DNA of 64,000 bases, taken from positions 3,660,001 to 3,724,000 of the forward strand of contig CM075999.1 in the NCBI GenBank assembly GCA_038087875.1, in the 5' to 3' direction. This document shows, in pieces, positions 1-10,355 of the stretch (within the stretch, counting starts at the first letter, position 1; each line of letters opens with the position of its first letter). The notes beneath the pieces are model-generated. The model did not search any database and was not told where the DNA came from. It saw only the letters and a list, made by a program, of their open reading frames with translations. A program made the translations under genes and the position numbers. The stretch comes from Malacoraja senta (lineage: Eukaryota).

Positions 1-380
1 TCTCATATTTCGCTTGGGCAGCTTACAGCCCAGTGGTATGAATATTGATTCATCAAACTTCAGGTAGCCCCGGCATTCCCTCTCTCTCCATCCTTCCCCC
101 ACCCAAGTCGCACCAGCTTCTCATTCACACCCAACAAACAGCTAACAATGGCCTGTTGCCTTTGTCATCGTTACTTTTTTGCATCTTTCATTCATTGTTC
201 TTTATCTCTCCACATCATCGTCTATATCTCTCGTTTCCCTTATCCCTAACCAGTCTGAAGGGTCTCGACAGGAAATATCACCCATTCCTTCTTTCCGGAG
301 ATGCTGCCTTTCCCGCTGAGTTACTCCAGCTTTTTGTGTCTATCTTCAATGTAAACCAACATCTGCAGATTTTTCCTGCA
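1..380 (+). mobile_element. Penelope-like element 3' fragment (GIY-YIG C-terminus + terminal repeat)
   Basis: Frame from base 2 reads LIFRLGSLQPSGMNID, the C-terminal motif of PLE GIY-YIG endonucleases, followed by a pyrimidine-rich tract and a decayed hammerhead-type repeat. Confidence 0.75.
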
Positions 381-1176
381 TATTTTGTCCCTGCGTTTTA
401 TGGTTTTGATCATCAATGAGGAGAGCAATTTCAGCTACTAGAGGGCAGGCAAGGACCACGTTTTAAACAAACGCTGATAAATAACATGTGTATGAAGGAA
501 CTGCAGGTGCTGGTTTAAAATCGATGACAGACACAAATTGCTGGAGTAACTCAGCAGGACAGGCAGCATCTCTGGAGAGAAGGAACGGGTGACGTGTCGG
601 GTCGAGACCCTTCTTCAGACTTATCATCTCCAAGTCTCCCTCTTCCCTGAAGAAGGGTCTCGACCCGAAACATCGACCTTCTATCCAGAGATGCTGCCTG
701 TCCTGCAGATTTACTCCAGCATTGTGTGTCTACCTTACTTTCGAACCTGCCTCCATTACATGTCTGGGATAGAAATCTATTAAATGCAGAATGTGTCAGA
801 AAGAACTGCAGATGCAGTAAACAGCCACTCCACCAGGCTCAGGGTCCTGAATGTGACATTCTTATGTGTTACAGCAAAACCCATAGCATTAGATCAGAGG
901 ATGAAACTCAAATCCCACTGGAAATATCTTTTAAAAGTTACAGGTACAGCATGGATACAGCCCCTTCCTTCAGTGGTTTGTGTAGGAAGGAACTGCAGAT
1001 GCTGGTTTAAACTGAAGATAGACCGAGTGCTGGAGTAACTCAGCGGGACAGGCAGCATCTCTGGAGAGAAGGAATGGGTGACGTTTCGGGTCAGACTTCA
1101 TTGTTTGATCCTCAGGGGTTTTACATCATTAAGACTTGCCCCCCCCCCCCCGGTTACTGACCAGTCTCACTCCCTT

Positions 1177-1462
1177 TAGACTTTAGAGATACAGCGTGGA
1201 AACAGGCCCTTCGGCCCACCGAGTCCGTGCCGACCAGTGATCACCCCGTACACGAGCACTACCCTACACCCACTAGGAACAATTTACAATCTACAGAAGG
1301 CAATTAACCTACAAACCCGTACGTCTTTGGGATGTGGGAGGAAACCGGAGCACCCGGAGTAAACCCACGCGGTCACAGGGAGGACGTGCAAACTCCCGTG
1401 GTCAGGATCGAACCTGGTTCTCTGGCGCTGCGAGGCAGCAACTCTACCGCTGCGCCACCGCG
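1177..1462 (-). mobile_element. tRNA-derived V-SINE (HE1-like) with CR1-type tail
   Basis: A box ggtggcgcagcgg, B box ggttcgatcc, V-domain cgtgggttt..ccgggtgctccggtttcctccca, tail gggccgaagggcctgtttcc. About 30 full or partial copies in the window. Confidence 0.85.
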
Positions 1463-1981
1463 CTGACCTCAATGCCATCCCACTTTCTCATCCACCCCCG
1501 ACACACTGGGGGCAATTTACAGAAGCCAATTAACCTACAAACCCGCACGTCTTTGGGAAACCGGAGCACCCGGAGTAAACCCACGCGGTCACAGGGAGAA
1601 CGTGCAAACTCCACACAGACAGCACCCGAGGTGAGGATCGAACTGTGTTGCCCTGGAGCCATTTGATCAATGAGAAAATTGTGAGGGACTGTAGGAATTA
1701 GAAACCACAAAATTAATTTTCAGTTTTTAATATACCCGACTGAAGTACAAACTAAACCTCAAGTTCAACGTAAGGTCATAAGGAATAGGAATAGAATTAG
1801 GCCATTCGGCCCATCAAGTCTGCTCTGCCAGTCAATCATGGCTGATCTATCTCTCCCTCCTAACCCCATTTTAAATGGAAACAGGCCATTTGGCCCATTG
1901 AGTTTGTGCCAACCTATCAACCAATCAAACACAAGAGACTGCAGAAGCAGCAATCTGGAGCAAGAGACAAAGTGCTGGAGG

Positions 1982-2178
1982 AACTCAGTGGGTCAGGCAA
2001 CATCTGTGGGGGAATGGACAGACTCAGTGGGTCAGGCAACATCTGTGGAGGAATGGACAGACTCAGCGGGTCAGGCAACATCTGTGGAGGAATGGACAGA
2101 CTCAGCGGGTCAGGCAACATCTGTAGGGGGATGGACAGACTCAGCGGGTCAGGCAGCATCTGTGGGGGAATGGACAGA
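1982..2178. repeat. 39-bp tandem repeat x5 derived from the Penelope-type repeat
   Basis: Unit gactcagYgggtcaggcaacatctgtggRggaatggaca at 1982, 2021, 2060, 2099, 2138. Confidence 0.95.
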
Positions 2179-2261
2179 TGACGTTTCGTGTTGGGGCCCC
2201 ATCTGAAGATGGCTTGTGGTTGCCGTGCTTTCTCTGCCACCGTTCCTGCAGTTCTACTCAC

Positions 2262-2361
2262 GAGCTGTTGATGATGTGAAACTTCTCCCCTTTCCTGAAG
2301 GTCAGGTCATCCTCTGTCCTGGCATCATAATCGTACAAGGCGACAAACAGCGTCACTCCTC
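2262..2361 (-). CDS. yrk: Src-family kinase second coding exon: N-terminal half of SH3 domain (missed by ORF track)
   Basis: 100-nt exon between ttgccgcag| and |gtgagt. In phase with the previous exon it reads [33 protein letters not shown](S), with the ALYDY SH3 signature. No downstream EGDWWEA/YIPSNY exon found in 1-2261, so the gene continues beyond the window start. Confidence 0.95.
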
Positions 2362-2541
2362 CTGCGGCAACAAACACACGTTACTGACCATGGCATCCAC
2401 GCGCAAAATCAAAAAAAGAAAATATTCACTATCTGCACGTGATATTTTTGCTCAGAACATTTCTCCAGACTTGAGACTAAAGAACAGTCCCAACCTGAAA
2501 TGTCACCTATCCATGTTCTCCACAGATGCTGCCTGACCCTT

Positions 2542-2595
2542 GGGGTGGGAGATTGCAACCTTCACGTGGGCCGCCCTGTTTCGACGAATGCAATC
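2542..2595 (+). ncRNA. Putative HDV/CPEB3-like self-cleaving ribozyme (compact, P4 nearly absent)
   Basis: P1 GGGGUGG(2542-48)/CCGCCCU(2571-77) with G1.U wobble; P2 GAUUGCA(2551-57)/UGCAAUC(2589-95); P3 ACC/GGG (one mismatch); L3 UUCACGU; J4/2 CGAA with candidate catalytic C2585. Confidence 0.75.
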
Positions 2596-2681
2596 AACCT
2601 GGCGTGCACAATCAAATAAGATCAAATAGAACAAGTTGTCCTACAACTTTAGGCTGTGCACGCCACACGCAAGAAGAAGAA
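2542..2681 (+). mobile_element. Short non-autonomous retroposed element with ribozyme head and (AAG)n tail
   Basis: Interrupts a Penelope-derived repeat. Flanks gctgcctgaccc (2528-39) and gctgcccgacct (2682-93) form a 10/12 target-site duplication; ends in aagaagaagaa. Confidence 0.75.
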
Positions 2682-2838
2682 GCTGCCCGACCTGCTGAGC
2701 TACTCCAGCACTCTGTGTCTTTTAGAGCATTGAGGAGATCGGAAATACGCCCATTGCTGAGGAGCTTGTATATATTATTGCAATCATTGATACAATTAAT
2801 TTTTGTTAAAAAAAAATTGGTGGGCAGTGTACTACACA

Positions 2839-3055
2839 GTCTCACCTGAGACCACCTTAGCTCAGGTGTGCAGTGTAATGCAGGGCGAGGGTCTCACCTG
2901 AGACCACCTTAGCTCAGGTATGCAATGTAATGCAGGGTGAAGGTCTCACCTGAGACCACCTTAGCTCAGGTGTGTAGTGTAATGCAGGGTGAAGGTCTCA
3001 CCTGAGACCACCTTAGCTCAGGTGTGCAGTGTAATGCAGGGTGAGGGTCTCACCT
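2839..3055. repeat. 52-bp minisatellite, 4 copies, overlapping the exon donor site
   Basis: ctcacctg recurs at 2841, 2893, 2945, 2997, 3049; units near identical. Confidence 0.97.
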
Positions 3056-3303
3056 GGGATCACGCCAGCTCGGGTGGGCAGCGAGCCGCTGAGGTAGCCA
3101 AGTGAGCCGCCGAATGGGCTGAGGGCGGTGTTGGCGCTCTCGTGGAAGGTGTTGAAGTCGGGGATCCTGTTGAAGATGGCGGTGGGGGCCTGGCTGGTGG
3201 GCTCAGGCCCGTAGCGAGGGTTGGCGTTCTGGTTGAAGAACCCATCACCGTCGTTGGCTTGCGATTTGGCCGATCCCTTCTCCTTGCAGTGCACGCAACC
3301 CAT
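3054..3303 (-). CDS. yrk: Src-family tyrosine kinase (Yrk/Fgr-like), first coding exon: SH4 + unique domain
   Basis: Translates MGCVHCKEKGSAKSQ...RYGPEPT...IPDFNTFH...RAGVIP(G). MGCVHCKEK and IPDFN match chicken Yrk as I recall it (Fyn is MGCVQC). Kozak ACG-ATG-G. Acceptor ctctctcccctgtggcctag ends at 3315 (11-nt 5'UTR 3314-3304). Donor CAG|gtgaga at 3053, phase 1. Confidence 0.92.
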
Positions 3304-3618
3304 CGTCCAGCAGTCTAGGCCACAGGGGAGAGAGTGCGTTACACGTCTGTGTCTAGCCTGCCCTACCAGACGTCAGGCCCATGCAGACACAAGTTCACAA
3401 TTTATAGGAGTAAACATAGAAACATAGACAATAGGTGCAGGAGTAGGCCATTCAGCCCTTCGAGCCAGCACCGCCATTCAATGTGATCATGGCTGATCAT
3501 CCACAATCAGTACCCCGTTCCTGCCTTCTCCCCATATCCCTTGATTCCGTTAGCCCCTAAGAGCTAAATCTAACTCTCTCTTGAAAACTCCTATTTTCTA
3601 CGCTTCTATGTTACTGGG

Positions 3619-4568
3619 TCGGCACGGTGGCGCAGCGGTAGAGTTGCTGCCTCACAGCGCCAGAGACCCGGGTTCAATCCTGACAAAGGGTGCTGTCTGT
3701 GTGGAGTTTGTACGTTCTTCCTGTGAACTGCGTGGGTTTTCGCCGGGTTCTCCGGTTTCCTCCCACACTCCAAAGACATCGAAACATACAAAATAGGTGA
3801 AGGAGGAGGCCATTTGGCCCTTCGAGCCTGCATCGCCATTCATTGTGATCATGGCTGATCATCCACAATCAATAACCCGTGCCTGCCTTCTCCCCATATC
3901 CCTTGATTCCACTAGCCCCTAGAGCTCTATCTAACTCTCTCTTAAATCCATCCAGTGACTTGGCCTCCACCGCCCTCTGTGGCAGGGAATTCCACAAATT
4001 CACAACTCTCTGGGTGAAAACATTTTTTCTCATCTCAGTTTTAAAAGGCCTCCCCTTCATTCTTAGACTGTGGCCCCTGGTTCTGGACTCGCCCAACATT
4101 GGGAACATTTTTCCTGCATCTAGCTTGTCCAATCCTTTAATAATTTTATACGTTTCTATAAGATCCCGTCTCATCCTTCTAAACTCCAGTGAATACAAGC
4201 CCACTCTTTCCTCATATGACAGTCTCGCCATCCCAGGGATCAATCTTGTAAACCTACGCTGCACAGCCTCAATAGCAAGGATGTCCTTCCTCAAATTAGG
4301 AGACCAAAACTGCACACAATACTCCAGGTGTGGTCTCACCAGGGCCCTATACAACTGCAGAGGGACCTCTTTGGTCCTATACTGAAATCCTCTCGTTATG
4401 AAGGCCAACATGCCAAGACGTTCAAGTTTGTTGGCTAATTAGCTTGGTGTCATTGTAAATGGTCCCCAGTGTGTGTAGGATAGTGTTAGTGTGCGGGGCT
4501 TGCAGGTCAGCGCAGCTCCAGTGGGCCGAAGGGCCTGATTCCGCGCTGTATTTCTAACTAAACTAAAC
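3619..4568 (+). mobile_element. V-SINE split by an antisense CR1 insertion
   Basis: SINE 5' half 3619-3779, 3' half 4414-4568. Confidence 0.8.
3780..4413 (-). mobile_element. CR1-type LINE 3' fragment
   Basis: ORF LYRALVRPHLEYCVQFWSP...RRMRRDLIETYKI...SRTRGHSL...FTQRVVNLWNSLP, the CR1 ORF2 C-terminus, plus 3' tail. Confidence 0.92.
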
Positions 4569-4574
4569 ACTTTG

Positions 4575-4870
4575 TTTAGTTTAGCTTTGTTTCGAGATAC
4601 AGCGCAGAAACAGGCCCTTCGGCCCACCGAGTGCAGGCCGACCAGCGATCCCCGCACACTTACACTACCCTACACACACTGGGGACAATTTACAATGACA
4701 CCAAGCCAATAAACGTACAAACCTGCACATCTTTGGAGAGTGGGAGGAAACCTGAGCACCCAGAGAAAACCCACGCAGGTCACAGGAAGAACACACAAAC
4801 TCCACACAGACAGCAGCCATAGTCAGGATCGAATCCCGAGTCTTTCTCACTGAGGCAACTGTGCTGCCCT
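4575..4870 (-). mobile_element. V-SINE, tail-to-tail with preceding copy
   Basis: Same consensus, reverse orientation. Confidence 0.8.
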
Positions 4871-4935
4871 GATCTTTAACTGAAGTCCAGGATAAACATG
4901 TGTTAAAATCAATAACAACAACAGTTTACTAGGAA

Positions 4936-5835
4936 TCGCACATCTCCAGATTCAGGGACAGTTTCTTCCCGGCTGTTATCAGGCAACTGAACCATCCAAC
5001 CACAACCAGAGAGCGGTCCTGAACTACTATCTACCTCATTGGTGACCCTCGGACTATCCTTGATTGGACTTTGCTGACTTTACCTTACACTAAACGTTAT
5101 TCCCTTATCGTGTATCTGTACACTGTGGACAGCTCGAGTGTAATAATAATAATATATCTTTTATTGTCATTGCACGTCAGTGCAACGAGATTTAGTATGC
5201 AGCTCCACCGATGTACAGGAAAAGTAAAATAAATAAATAAGCAAGCTGAGTGACGTGACCATCCGAGGGAGACTGTCCAGGAGGGGTGTGTGGGGGGGGG
5301 CACTCAGCAGGGACGGTTCAGAGCCGCTATAGCTCTTGGAATAAAGCTGTTTCTGAGTCTGGAGGTTCGGGCGTAGAAGGCCTTGTAACGTCTGCCGGAG
5401 GGAAGTAGTTCAAACAGTCCGTTACAAGGGTGTGATGAGTCCTTATGGATGCTGCCGGCCTTCCTGAGGCACCGTGTGTGGTAGATGCCCTCCAAGGCTG
5501 GTAGCTCTGTCCCAATGATCCTCTGCGCTCTGTGGACGACGCGCTGAAGAGCTCTCCCCTCCGCCTCCGTGCAGCTGAGATACCACCCAGAGATGCCATA
5601 CGTTAATATGCTCTCTGTGGTGCAGCGGTAGAATGTTGTCAGCAGCTGTTGGGGCAGACCAGTCATTTTTAATGTCCTCAGGAAGAACAGTCGTTGCTGT
5701 GCCTTCTTGACCAGCGCAGCGGTGTTGGTGGACCATGTGAGGTCATGCGTTGTCTTTCCGCTGACTGGCTAGCCCGCAACAGAAGCTTTTCACTGTACCT
5801 CGGTACACGCGACAATAAACTCAACTCAAACTCAA
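4936..5835 (+). mobile_element. Rex1/Babar-like LINE 3' end, interrupted at ~5142/5743
   Basis: ccagattcagggacagtttcttccc (RFRDSFFP) then a 3' UTR ending (aaactc)n; related copies near 11095, 16140, 40585, 45290, 62900. Confidence 0.7.
5143..5742 (-). mobile_element. Rex1/Babar-like LINE 3' fragment (nested, different family)
   Basis: KAQQRLFFLR..FYRCTTESILTYGI..LQRVV..KDSSHP..LFELLPSGRRY..RTSRLRNSFIPRAI; (ATT)n tail. Confidence 0.85.
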
Positions 5836-6151
5836 AGGAGACAAGAAACAGGAGAGGAAAAGGTTGGCTCCTTCTGCAGATGAAATGTGTACTTGTCCAC
5901 CGTAGACTCTGCAGAAACTGTTTAACCTTCCGAGCAAACCCTCAGCAATAATAGTCCCAGGCGCTCAAAGGTAATCAGTAGAAGCGCTGAGACCTGCCTG
6001 ACCGTATAACACCTACGATTAAAGTGGAGCAGCTTCCGAATCACACACCCACAATCCAGCGGTGATGTTAACCAATCCTTTGACCCTCTCTTCAAAACGC
6101 ACGTCACTAAAACACTCCACAGACGATGGGGAAATAAGAGTCCTGTGGACA

Positions 6152-6562
6152 GAAGGAAGGAACTGCAGATGCTGGTTTAAACCGAAGATGGACACAGAAT
6201 GCTGGAGTAACTCAGCGGGTCAGGCAGCATCTGTGGAGAACATGGATAGGTGACGTTTCACAGAGTGCTGGAGTAACTCAGCGGGTCAGGCAGCATCTGT
6301 GGAGCGAAGGAAATGGGCAACCTTTCGGGCCGAAACCCTGAAGGAAATAGGCAACGTTTTGGGCCGAAACCCGGAAGGGTTTTGGGCCGAAACCCGGAAG
6401 GGTTTCGGGCCGAAACGTTGCCTATTTCCTTCGCTCCATAGATGCTGCCGGAACATGGATAGGTGACGTTTCACAGAGTGCTGGAGTAACTCAGCGGGTC
6501 AGGCAGCATCTGTGGAGAACATGGATAGGTGACGTTTCAGGTCGAGACCTTTCTTCAGACTG
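6152..6562. repeat. Composite Penelope-derived repeat cluster (66-nt units + inverted hammerhead-type segments)
   Basis: Near-identical junction structure recurs at 47830-48210. Confidence 0.8.
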
Positions 6563-6683
6563 ACTCATGAGGATACTTGGGGGTCAGTTGTTGGCCATTC
6601 TGGGCTAGTCTGCAACTTAGCCCCTAGCCCTCCCGACCCGTCCTATCCATGTACCCGACCAGTCCTTCATTACAACATGGAGC

Positions 6684-6968
6684 AGCATGGTGGCGCAGCG
6701 GTAGAGTTGCTGCCTCACAGCGCCAGAGACCCGAGTTTCATCCCGACTACGGGTGCTGTCTGTACGGAGTTTGCACGTTCTCCCCGTGACCTGCGTGGGA
6801 TTTCTCCGGTCTCTTGCCACACTCCACAGACGTGCAGGTTTGTAGGTCAATTGGCTTGGTGTAAGTGTAAATTGTCCCTAGTGTGTGTAGGATAGTGTTA
6901 GTGTGCGGGGATCGCTGGTCAGCGTCGACTCGCTGTTTCCGCGCTGTATCTCTAAACTAAACTAAACT
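6684..6968 (+). mobile_element. V-SINE
   Basis: A box, V-domain, (taaac)n tail. Confidence 0.8.
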
Positions 6969-7919
6969 AGTTCATGTCCTTCCACTGCTGGTCCACTCCA
7001 GTATTGACCAGCCCATAATTAACGGGATCCACAGCAGAATCAATGAGCACCCAGATCAATCCGGAACAGGGAGCAGAAGCTTCTGAACGTTGGGGATGGA
7101 TGGAGATGCCAAGTCAAGGACCAATCTCATCCCGGCCACTCCCTCTTCTCCCCTCTCCCAATCTCACACTTGGAGAATGAACTCCAACACAATGAGCTGC
7201 CATCAATGTCTGGGCTCTCCATCTGAACATCACTCTCCCCGGAACAAGACTAACTCAGATAGACTCATAGAGTCACACAGCGCGGCAACAGGCCCTTCAG
7301 CCCATCTGTCCAATTCATTTCCACAAACAGCTAAGTCAATGGATGAATTTAAGGCAGAGATAGATAGATTCTTGATTAGTACGGGTGTCGGGGTTATGGG
7401 GAGAAGGCAGGAGAATGGGGTTGAGAGGGAAAGATAGATCAGCTATGATTGAATGGCGGAGTAGACTTGATGGGCCGAACGGCCTAATTCTGGTCCTAGC
7501 TCCTATGGTTATGGTCTGAAGAAGGGTCCTGACCTGTAACGTCATCCGTTCATTTCCCCCACAGATGCTTCCTGACCCGCTGAGTTGCTCCAGCAGTTTG
7601 TTGTTTTTGGCAAGTTACACTTAGCAAGCCTTGAGTTTTCTTCTGATGTTCTCCCCATCAGCGATCAGCTACTGCGGAGTGCAGGGAGCCGTAGCAGGCG
7701 GCTGTGCGACTCTGTCCACATGACTCAACCATTGTCAAATTGGCCTATTCTCATTTCCTTTCCTGGATGACGAGCAGCTGTAACGGCCACAAGCGCTGAC
7801 TTCCCCTCTCCTACATACATGTCACTGCAGCAAGAGGCAGTCGTCGCTCCCTCTCCCTGTGTCTGGAACATAACGCCACTGCACTGGCGTACCCAGGGTC
7901 AGTCAGTCACATGAATATA

Positions 7920-8275
7920 TGCAGGAAGATGAGGGGTGATCTTCTAGAGCTGTACAAAATCATGAGAGGATTCAATTGGGTAAACGCACAGAGTCTCTTG
8001 CCCAGAACAGGGAAATCGAGGACCAGAGGACATAGGTTTCAGGTTAGGGGGGGGAAGATTTAATAGGAACCCGAGGGGTAACTTTTTTACACAGAGGGTG
8101 GTGGGTGTATGGAACGGGCTGCCGGAGGAGGTAGTTGAGGCTGGGACTATCGCAATGTTTAAGGAACATTTAGACAGGTACATGGATAGGACAGGTTTGG
8201 AGGGATATGGACCAAACACCGGCAGGTGGGACTAGTGTAGCTGGGACATGTTGTCCGGGATGTCTCTCCATGACA
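7920..8275 (+). mobile_element. CR1 LINE 3' fragment
   Basis: RRMRGDL..SRTRGHR..NFFTQRVVGVWNGLP coding remnant and tail. Confidence 0.85.
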
Positions 8276-8671
8276 TGACTGGTAGTTATTGCCGATCCTC
8301 ATTGCCCTTGGACCAAGTGGTCTGGCTTGCAGCTTAGGTGGGGAGGGAAGGGTTAGAAAACATTCCTGACCCTGCAGTCACAATCTCCCAGAACAGAACA
8401 GGACAGACTATGTATCCAGTGTTGGACCCGGAGCAGCAGATGGGTTTGGACAGCAACCCGCAGTTTCCCACAGCCCGCCCGCGGTGATCTGGGCGGTTTA
8501 TTCCAGATTTAACTCATTAACTCCCAGTGACCGGTGAGACTCAGACCCGAGTGTTCAGGTCATTGGTCATTGGTCCAAACGTCAGATACAAGTCCGGTGA
8601 CTAACACGGAGACAGAGATATGGAAGGTAAAGTCACACACAAACTGGAGAGGCAGCTCCTACCAACACCGT

Positions 8672-8950
8672 ACGATAGAACTGTATTTATCCCAGGAGGG
8701 AAATTGAAATATACATGGATCATGAAATTAAAGTGACCTGTGGAAAGGGTGGGGGAAGAGCAAAGATTGAGGAGGGGGGCGGGGAGGGGGAGGGGGAGTC
8801 AGTCGACCCCGCGACAGAAGGGGGAGGAGTTGTACGCTTTGATAGCCACAGGGAAGAAGGATCTCCTGTGGCGTTCTGTGCTGCATCTTGGTGGAACCAG
8901 TCTGTTGCTGAAGGTGCTCCTCAGGTTGACCAGAGCGTCATGGAGTTGAC
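8672..8950 (-). mobile_element. Rex1/Babar-like LINE 3' fragment (third family)
   Basis: Minus strand STFSNRLVPPRCSTERHRRSFFPVAIK. Confidence 0.65.
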
Positions 8951-10051
8951 CAGTGTGTCGGCTGCGCCACCATGCCGACTTCTAAAGATGGACAGTGTGA
9001 AAGTCAGAAAGGGGACAAGTGTTTCACGGATGTGAAAATCCAATGACACGTAGCTGGCACGGTGGCGCAGCGGGTAGTGCTGCTGCCTCACAGCGCCAGG
9101 GTCCCAGGTTCCATCCTGACCATGGGTGCTGTCTGTCCGGAGTTTGAACGTTCTCCCCGTGACCTGCGTGGGTTTTGTGACCTGCGTGAGTGCTGGAGTA
9201 ACTCAGCGGGTCAGGCAGCATCTGTGGAGAACATGGATAGGTGACGTTTCGTGTCGGGGCCCTTCTACAGTTCTTTGCATTGACACAGAGCCTACACTGA
9301 CTGTGGACCGCAGACTCACGCAGTGTCGTGCAGACCGCAAGGAGGCAACAAAAATCTGGGCAACAACCTTTGAACAACTGAATGCTCTGCGTGGAAGGGA
9401 TATTTTTAATTGCTTGTTAATTTAGTGCAGGATTCACAGGCATCCAGCAGGAATGCCAACTGTTGTACCAGAGACACAGGGCCGGCTCAAAGGTAAACCT
9501 GCCATCCTTGGCATCCCATCGATTCCCTACAGCAATCATTGGATGATAACAATGCAGCTTCAGAAATAATTGTTGCGCAGGGTCTGATGGAAACGTAACA
9601 AACTAACACCAAACACGCCTGAATTCTCTCAAGAAGAAGAAACTATTTTATCAATACAAAAGGCAGACAGACACAAAATGCCGGAGTAACTCAGCGGGTC
9701 AGGCAGCATTTCTGGAGTCAAAGTGTCATACAGCATGGAAACAGGCCCTTCGGCCCAACTTGCCCATGCTGACCAACATGCCCCATCTACACTATGCCCA
9801 CCTGCCCGCGTTTGTCCCATAGCCTTCTGGAGAAAAAGGATAGGTGACGTTTCGGGTTGGGATCTTTCAGACTATGAAACATCGCCCATCCTTTCTCTCC
9901 AGAGATGCTGCCTGACCTGCTGGGTTCCTCCAGCACTTTGTGTCTATCTTTTGTATAATCCAGCATCTGCAGTTCCTTGTTTCTCTATTTTATGAATAAT
10001 ATTGGAAGGTTCAGGGAATGTGGGGTTATATCACGGGGCTCAGGCAAAGAC

Positions 10052-10355
10052 TTTTAGTTTAGTTTAGACTTACAGTACGGAAACAGGCCCTTCGTCCCAC
10101 CGGGTCCGCACCAACCAGTGATCCCCGCACACTAACACTATCCTACACACACCAGGGACAATTTACACTTACACCAAGACAATTAACCTGCAAACCTCTA
10201 CGTCTTTGGAGTGTGGGAGGAAACCGGAGCACCCGGAGAAAACCCACGCAGGTCACGGGGAGAACGTACAAACTCCGTACAGACAGCGCCCGTGGTCAGG
10301 ATCGAACCTGGGTCTCTGGCGCTGGACCCGGGTCAATACCGCTACGCCACCATGC
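10052..10355 (-). mobile_element. V-SINE
   Basis: Consensus match. Confidence 0.8.

Noticed and set aside
780..970. Possible third kinase exon (tggtgg on minus strand near 830)
   Set aside because: Does not encode EGDWWEA..GYIPSNYV in any frame.
3013..3053. ORF-track extension ETLTLHYTAHLS* of the kinase exon
   Set aside because: Intronic read-through past the donor at 3053.
2839..3055. CRISPR-like appearance of palindromic repeats
   Set aside because: Units are contiguous and near identical with no unique spacers; vertebrate context, no cas genes.
6684..6760. tRNA-like A/B box sequences
   Set aside because: SINE heads continuing directly into the V-domain; no complete cloverleaf.
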